Assembly (NCBI GenBank): GCA_963794325.1
Contig: CAWCDG010000003.1
Span: forward strand, 1 to 64,000
Reading direction: 5' to 3'
Length of the DNA: 64,000 bases
DNA from: an uncultured delta proteobacterium
GTDB lineage: Bacteria > Desulfobacterota > Binatia > Binatales > Binataceae
In this document: positions 58,195 through 64,000 of the stretch, in pieces
How the letters are laid out: each line of letters begins with the position of its first letter
Numbering within the stretch: position 1 is the stretch's first letter
Translations under genes and position numbers: made by a program
Notes under the pieces: model-generated
Seen by the model: the letters and a program-made list of their open reading frames with translations, nothing else
The model's database searches: none
Told to the model about the DNA's origin: nothing

Positions 58195-61100
58195 TTAGGC
58201 TCCTGGCTCTGAGATCGCTTGTACGCGTTGGTCGCGCTGAAGTTTGGTGATTAGTGTGCGGCTGAAGATCGAGTAGACCGCTGGCACCACGAACAGGGTC
58301 ATCAAGGTTGCCGCGAAAAGTCCGCCGATGACGGCGCGTCCCAGCGGCGCGTTCTGCTCCGACCCCTCGCCAATCGCGAGCGCCATCGGCAGCATCCCTA
58401 GAATCATCGCGAGCGCCGTCATGATGATCGGCCGGAAACGGACGTGGCCCGCTTCGATCGCAGCTTCGACCGGCCCCATCCCTTCCTCGCGCATCTCGTT
58501 GGCGAAAGTGATAAGCAGGTTGCCGTTGGCGACGCCGACGCCCACCGCCATGATCGCGCCCATCAGCGACTCGACGTTGATCGTTGTGCCGGTCAGCACC
58601 AGCATCCAGAGCACGCCGGCCAGCGCGCCCGGCACCGCCATAATGATGATGAACGGCTCGAGCCACGACTGAAAATTCGCGACCATCAGCAGATAGACCA
58701 GGACGATCGCCAGGATCAGCCCGAGGCCCATCGTCTTGAACGATTGGTTCATCGCCTGGCTCTGCCCGCGAATGACGACGTGGGTGCCGGCCGGCAGTTG
58801 GCCGAGACTGTCGATCGCCTTTTGCACCGCGCTGGTCGTGCTGCCGAGGTCTCGTCCACTGACGCCGCAATCCACGTCGATAACTCGCTGCACCGTGTAG
58901 TGCGCGACCACGGCGGGGTCGACGTTGTGACTGATCGACGCAACGTTGCCGAGAAATTGCACCGCCTGCGTGCTGGTTCCATTGGTGAGCGGCGTATTGG
59001 CAATTTGATCGACCGACGCAGTCGTCTCGATCGGCGCCTGGGTCACGACGTTGTAATTGACGCCGTTAACCGGATCGAGCCAGTAGTTCGGTGAGATAAG
59101 AGTGTTGCCGCTCAGCGACGACAGCAGCCCCGACGCGACTTGCTGCTCGGTCACTCCGAGCTCGAGCGCCTTGGCGCGATCGACTTTCACCTTGAAGGAC
59201 GGGTAGTCCAGCGGCTCCGCAATCCGCATATCGGTGACGCCCGGAATCAGCGCCATCTTCGCGGCGAGGCGCGCGGCGATCTGGTAGTCGGAGTGGAGAT
59301 CGTTGCCGTTGATCTGAGCGTCGATCGCTGCCGGAAGTCCGAAGTTCAGCACCTCGTTCACGATGTCGGCGGCCATGAAATAGCCCGTGATATTCGGGAA
59401 CTTCGTGCTCATCATTTGGCGGATGCGATCCATGTAAACGGCGCTCGGATGATGATTGGGCTTGAGCTGGATCAGGATTTCGCCGTCCTGCGGACCTATG
59501 TTGTCGCTCGGGAAAAACGCGATCGCATACGGCTGCGGCAGATCGATGTCGTCGCTTATCTGCTGCAGCTCATCGGGCGGAATGATCTTCCGGATCTCGC
59601 GCTCGATATCGTCGACAATCACCGCGGTCCGCTCGATGCGCGTGCCGCTCGGCGCGCGCACGTGAAACTTCATGAGCCCGGCGTCCACCGTCGGAAAGAA
59701 ATCCTCGCCGGTGACGTACAGCAGCGGGAGCGTGCCGAGAATCATCAGCGCTGCACAAGTGAGTGCGAGGCCGCGATGCGCAATGAAGGCGCTCACGCCG
59801 GACACATAATGCTTGCGGATGCGCTCGAAGCCGGCTTCGAATCCGCCCAGGAACCGGCGCCACAGACTGTTGCCCCCGACCTCCTGGTGCTTCTCCGGCA
59901 GCAGGTATGAGGCCATCGTCGGCACCAGCGTGCGCGACAGCAGGTACGAGGTCAGCATCGCGAACACGACCGCAAGCGCCAGCGGAGTGAACAGAAAGCG
60001 AGCGACGCCGGTCAGTAGGACGACCGGGAGAAACACGATGCAGATGGAAAGCGTGCCGATGAAGGTCGGCGTCGCAATCTGATGCGCGCCGTCCAGAATC
60101 GCAACCAGCAGCGGCTTGTTCATCGCGTGATTGCGATGGATATTCTCGACCTCGACCGTCGCGTCATCCACCAGCATCCCGACCGCAAGCGCAATTCCGC
60201 CCAGCGTCATCGTGTTGATCGTCTGACCCGCCAGGTGCAGGCAAAAGATCGAGGTAAGAATCGAGAGCGGGATCGACGCGATAACGATCAGCATGCTGGC
60301 CGGCGATCCGATGAATATCAGCACCATCAACGCCACCAGCGCCGCCGCGATCACCGCCTCGCGCACCACCTCCCATAGCGACGCGCGAACGAAAGCGGAC
60401 TGATCGAAGGTGAGCGCCACCTTGAGGCCCTTGGGCGCGACCGCGAGAATTTCCGGGATGCGCGCCCGCACCGCATCGACGACTGACAGCGTCGAGGCGG
60501 CCGCGTGCTTGATTACCAGCAGGAAGGTTGCAGGTCGCCCGTCGATACGCACGACGTTGGTCTGCGGCTGATGCGTGTCGCTGACCGGCGCGATATCGCC
60601 GAGAAAAATCGGGATGCCGTTGGTCACTCTGACCGGCAACCGGTTGAACTCGGACACCTTGGTCGGATTCATGTTGAGATCGACGTCGTACTCGTAGTTG
60701 CCCATGCGAGCGGTGCCCGACGGGATGACGACGTTGGTCGTCGAGAGCGCATTGCCGATATCCACCGGCGACAGGCCGTTGGCGTACATCTGTTTGGGAT
60801 CTAGGTTGACGACGACCGCGCGCTGTACGCCGCCGATCGGCGCGGGCGACGAAAATCCGGGTATCGTGAACAGTTGCAGTCGAATGAAATTCAAGCCGTA
60901 GTCAAAGAGCTGTTGCTGCGAGAGCGTCTCGCTATAGATGTTGAGCTGAGCGACCGGAACATTCGCCGCGTTGTAGGAAATGATATTTGGAGCGGTGGTG
61001 CCGAGTGGCGCCTGGCGCAGAATCGTTTCCGAAACCGCATTGATTTGCGCTATGGCGGCGCCGATATCCGTGCCCGGCTGGAAATAAACTTTGAGCACGC

Positions 61101-61371
61101 CGATCCCGAGAATCGACTCCGACTCGATATGCTCGATTCCGTCGACCGTCGTCGAATAAGCGCGCTCGCTGATGATCACCAGCCGGCGCTCCATATCAAC
61201 CGCGTTGAGCCCGGGGTAGCTCCAAACCACCATCACGACTGGCAAATTGATAGCTGGGAAAATATCGACGTTCATCATGGTGAACGACAAGGTACCCATC
61301 ACCAGCATCAGCAGAGCCATAACCGCCACTGAGAGCGGACGCCGCAGCGCGAGTCGTACTATCCACATCAT
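58195..61371 (-). CDS. RND efflux permease (AcrB family)
   Basis: 1058 aa; GMLVDDATVEVEN, RFRPIIMT, PLGRAVIGG. Confidence 0.95.
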   Translation of the reverse strand: MMWIVRLALRRPLSVAVMALLMLVMGTLSFTMMNVDIFPAINLPVVMVVWSYPGLNAVDMERRLVIISERAYSTTVDGIEHIESESILGIGVLKVYFQPGTDIGAAIAQINAVSETILRQAPLGTTAPNIISYNAANVPVAQLNIYSETLSQQQLFDYGLNFIRLQLFTIPGFSSPAPIGGVQRAVVVNLDPKQMYANGLSPVDIGNALSTTNVVIPSGTARMGNYEYDVDLNMNPTKVSEFNRLPVRVTNGIPIFLGDIAPVSDTHQPQTNVVRIDGRPATFLLVIKHAAASTLSVVDAVRARIPEILAVAPKGLKVALTFDQSAFVRASLWEVVREAVIAAALVALMVLIFIGSPASMLIVIASIPLSILTSIFCLHLAGQTINTMTLGGIALAVGMLVDDATVEVENIHRNHAMNKPLLVAILDGAHQIATPTFIGTLSICIVFLPVVLLTGVARFLFTPLALAVVFAMLTSYLLSRTLVPTMASYLLPEKHQEVGGNSLWRRFLGGFEAGFERIRKHYVSGVSAFIAHRGLALTCAALMILGTLPLLYVTGEDFFPTVDAGLMKFHVRAPSGTRIERTAVIVDDIEREIRKIIPPDELQQISDDIDLPQPYAIAFFPSDNIGPQDGEILIQLKPNHHPSAVYMDRIRQMMSTKFPNITGYFMAADIVNEVLNFGLPAAIDAQINGNDLHSDYQIAARLAAKMALIPGVTDMRIAEPLDYPSFKVKVDRAKALELGVTEQQVASGLLSSLSGNTLISPNYWLDPVNGVNYNVVTQAPIETTASVDQIANTPLTNGTSTQAVQFLGNVASISHNVDPAVVAHYTVQRVIDVDCGVSGRDLGSTTSAVQKAIDSLGQLPAGTHVVIRGQSQAMNQSFKTMGLGLILAIVLVYLLMVANFQSWLEPFIIIMAVPGALAGVLWMLVLTGTTINVESLMGAIMAVGVGVANGNLLITFANEMREEGMGPVEAAIEAGHVRFRPIIMTALAMILGMLPMALAIGEGSEQNAPLGRAVIGGLFAATLMTLFVVPAVYSIFSRTLITKLQRDQRVQAISEPGA

Positions 61372-61403
61372 GGCTGGATCACCTCCCTGTACGTCTCAGT
61401 TGC

Positions 61404-62342
61404 TCATCGCGCTGCTTGAATCTTTAATCTTGAAGTCAGGCTGGCCGGCTGAGGCTCATGGACGCGCGCGAGGCGTTCCATTTCGCTGATCACGCTCGAG
61501 AAATCCTCGTCGCCATTTACAGCGGTACGCGCCGCATTGATCTGAAGCGCGGCGGCAGTCACCGGCATCGGTGCGCCGACTTCGCCCGCCTTCTCGAGAA
61601 TCAATCTGAAGTCCTTGTTCATCAGGCGCAGCGGGAACTGAGGCGAATAGTCATCGTGCTCCGCACGCAGCAGCTTGTTTTGATGTGCCGGCGAAATGAC
61701 GGCCGTCTTGGCGAGGACTTCGAGCAGGCGTTTGCGGTCGAGGCCCGCCTTCTCTCCGAACGCGACGGCCTCCGCGATTGCCTGCATGTTCACCCCGAGC
61801 AAAGCATTGACCACCAGCTTCATCGCGGTCCCGGAACCGCTCGGCCCCATAAGAAAATACTGCTTCGCTATCGCGGCAAAGATCGGCTGGCATGCGTCGA
61901 ACACCTTCACATCGCCGCCACCGAGCAGCGTCAACGTCCCACTCTCTGCGGCGGGGGTGCTACCGGAAATCGCGACATCCAGGACTTCGATCCCGCGCTC
62001 GACGCCCATCCGATGGAGCACTCGCGACGTGTCCGGCGAGATGGTGCTCATCTCGATCACGACGGTGCCGGGATTCGCGCAGGCGATAACTCCTTCTGGA
62101 CCCTGATAGACGCTCAGCACCGCTTGGTCGTTGGGCAGGCACGAGATTATTACCTCTGACTTCCTCGCGAGCTGGCGAACGTTCGGGGCGGCGGTCGCTC
62201 CGTGGGCAACCAGCGCGCCAGCTTTACGACTCGTATGGTCGTACGCGACCAGTTTGAAGCCGCTGTTGAGAAGCCTGCGCGCCATTAGCTGTCCCATCGC
62301 GCCAAGCCCTACGAATCCAATCGTTGAATTTTGCGAAATCAT
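61404..62342 (-). CDS. 3-hydroxyisobutyrate-dehydrogenase-family NAD(P) oxidoreductase
   Basis: GFVGLGAMG, EMSTISP, DVAISGS, KLVVN, KD. Confidence 0.9.
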   Translation of the reverse strand: MISQNSTIGFVGLGAMGQLMARRLLNSGFKLVAYDHTSRKAGALVAHGATAAPNVRQLARKSEVIISCLPNDQAVLSVYQGPEGVIACANPGTVVIEMSTISPDTSRVLHRMGVERGIEVLDVAISGSTPAAESGTLTLLGGGDVKVFDACQPIFAAIAKQYFLMGPSGSGTAMKLVVNALLGVNMQAIAEAVAFGEKAGLDRKRLLEVLAKTAVISPAHQNKLLRAEHDDYSPQFPLRLMNKDFRLILEKAGEVGAPMPVTAAALQINAARTAVNGDEDFSSVISEMERLARVHEPQPASLTSRLKIQAAR

Positions 62343-62391
62343 GGTCTGGTCCCTCCAACGAAAAGCGAAAACGAAAATTCGCGAAAAATCG

Positions 62392-62541
62392 CTAAATGAT
62401 TGAGAAAGCCACCAACATCGAAACGACGGTCACGACCATCAGCGCCAGCCCGATCATCGCGAGAGCGAGTGCTGCGGTGTCCTCATTGTACGAGCCATAC
62501 GGAATCGCACGCGGGTGAACGATTTTCGTCTCGTGGGGCAT
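62392..62541 (-). CDS. Small single-TM protein
   Basis: 49 aa with a hydrophobic C-terminal helix; motif copy upstream. Confidence 0.5.
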   Translation of the reverse strand: MPHETKIVHPRAIPYGSYNEDTAALALAMIGLALMVVTVVSMLVAFSII

Positions 62542-62611
62542 AACCCTGGTAAAATGTCGGTAGTTTATGGGGAATTTCGTGTACATTGTTCTGAACCTCT
62601 CAACCAAAAAG

Positions 62612-62630
62612 GCGTGAAAAATCGGCGCAC
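62612..62630. promoter_or_regulatory. Conserved motif GCGTGA-N8-CGCAC, copy 3
   Basis: AAAGGCGTGAAAAATCGGCGCACGAT, 24/26 identical to 52291-52316. Confidence 0.65.
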
Positions 62631-62650
62631 GATCAGCGTGCTACGCGATT

Positions 62651-63010
62651 TCACCGAATTGGGCCGTGAAATGCGTATGCCGGGTGGAATCCGCCGGCCG
62701 GGATGCCCATCGAGTCGGGCGGTATCAAGGTCGGGCTGTCCGGGGACTCCGGCGGATGCCCAAACGGCTCGATTAGCCCGACGGGCGGCGGCGGCACATA
62801 CATCGATCCTGGTTCACTGTCTTCAGGTTGCGAGGGCGCCGGCGCCAAAACCGGGCCGTCCGCCCACGGCTCCTCGAATGAAGGATCGTAGGCGTCCCCA
62901 TCCGAGGAAGCTTGCGCCGCGGAACCGCCGTAGGTCTGCGCAAAGACCGGTTGAATAAACAGGAGCACCGAGGCTCCGACAATTGTCGCCGCTAATTTTG
63001 TGATTTTCAT
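62651..63010 (-). CDS. Secreted Pro/acidic-rich hypothetical protein
   Basis: Signal peptide MKITKLAATIVGASVLLFIQPVFA; Pro-rich tail. Confidence 0.65.
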   Translation of the reverse strand: MKITKLAATIVGASVLLFIQPVFAQTYGGSAAQASSDGDAYDPSFEEPWADGPVLAPAPSQPEDSEPGSMYVPPPPVGLIEPFGHPPESPDSPTLIPPDSMGIPAGGFHPAYAFHGPIR

Positions 63011-63089
63011 TTTCTTATACCTCAAGTCGGTTCGCTGGCCGCGTGGTTCGTTCGGAATTGCGGGCTAGCGTGAACCTTCATTAATCGAG

Positions 63090-63108
63090 GCGTGAGAAAC
63101 GCCCGCAC
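63090..63108. promoter_or_regulatory. Conserved motif GCGTGA-N8-CGCAC, copy 4
   Basis: GCGTGA GAAACGCC CGCAC. Confidence 0.6.
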
Positions 63109-63201
63109 GACGGGGATCACTGGCGTGGGGGTTGGCTCGAATTGACCTGGAGAGTCATTTCGCATCAGACTGCATCGTTCGCCGACGAGGACTGACGCGG
63201 A

Positions 63202-63855
63202 ATGATCTCCGGTTACGACATCGCCAATGCCTTTCTTCTCGTTTATGCGGGACTGTTCCCGATCATAAACCCAATCGGCGGCGCGCCGATTTTCCTCGGC
63301 CTGACCCGGCACTGTACCGACGAGGAGCGCAACGCGCTCGCACTCGGCGTTACGCTCAACAGCTTCTTCCTGCTGCTCGGCTCATTGCTCGTCGGCTCGT
63401 ATGTGTTCGAGTTCTTCGGTATCACCTTGCCGATCGTGCGGGTCGCCGGCGGACTCGTCGTGGCGGCAACCGGATGGAGCCTGCTCCAGGCGAGAGACGA
63501 GTTTGCCGACGACCGAACCGCCCATGAGCCGAAGATTCCAACCGACGCGTTTTATCCGCTCACCATGCCGATCACGGTTGGCCCCGGTTCGATCGCGGTC
63601 GCGATCACGATCGGCAGCCAGCGTCCGCGCGTGCCATTGCCCGAACTCGCGATCCTCGGCGCCGCTGCCTTCGCCGGTATCGTCGCGATCGCGGCCTCCA
63701 TATATGTCTGTTATCGATTTGCCGAACAGACCGTCGGAGCACTGGGCGAGTCGGGGACCAATGTGGTGGTGCGACTATCGGCCTTCATCCTGTTCTGCAT
63801 CGGCATCGAAATTATCTGGAACGGCTACAGCGCCCTCGCGCATATCGCTGGCTAA
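63202..63855 (+). CDS. MarC-family membrane protein
   Basis: IINPIG, RVAGG, PLTMPITVGPGSI. Confidence 0.9.
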   Translation: MISGYDIANAFLLVYAGLFPIINPIGGAPIFLGLTRHCTDEERNALALGVTLNSFFLLLGSLLVGSYVFEFFGITLPIVRVAGGLVVAATGWSLLQARDEFADDRTAHEPKIPTDAFYPLTMPITVGPGSIAVAITIGSQRPRVPLPELAILGAAAFAGIVAIAASIYVCYRFAEQTVGALGESGTNVVVRLSAFILFCIGIEIIWNGYSALAHIAG

Positions 63856-64000
63856 TCGCTAGATTAGAGTCGTTCGAACTGCTCCTGGAGAAAACGTAAA
63901 TGTCACTTCACAGAAAACATGACTCCGGCCGCAAAGCGTCGGACGTCATCTATGCTTCAAGCGATCTTTCCCTGTCGGTTCCCAAGCATCGAATCCCCCG

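Noticed and set aside
58193-58870. 622-aa extended MFP ORF
   Set aside because: The Arg-rich extension is an alternative frame of the RND permease; the real start is 58192

Overview
This is GC-rich bacterial DNA. The gene content is reminiscent of Candidatus Binatia or similar soil bacteria, which is an inference only. Bases 1-5866 are the right arm of a tyrosine-integrase element inserted at tRNA-Leu(TAG). It carries a multicore graspetide (ATP-grasp RiPP) locus and a sensor-less sigma54 activator, with paired palindromic sites and a -24/-12 promoter in front of the excisionase-XRE-integrase genes. Next come an acidic-loop ilvC and a USP/CBS/Rv2004c-like stress cluster with four sigma54 promoters around a globin-like-domain activator. 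These are followed by an SCP2-like gene with a catalytic/ligand-less diiron pair, housekeeping genes, tRNA-Ser(TGA), an ECF41 cassette, a CoA-dependent catabolic cluster and a DyP peroxidase triad. The window ends in a stress island (dps, catalase, AKR, RND, MarC) with two divergent STAND-type regulators and a four-copy GCGTGA-N8-CGCAC upstream motif. Four single-base frameshifts in the first 5.5 kb look like sequencing errors. All family calls come from motif recognition by eye; no database searches were run.
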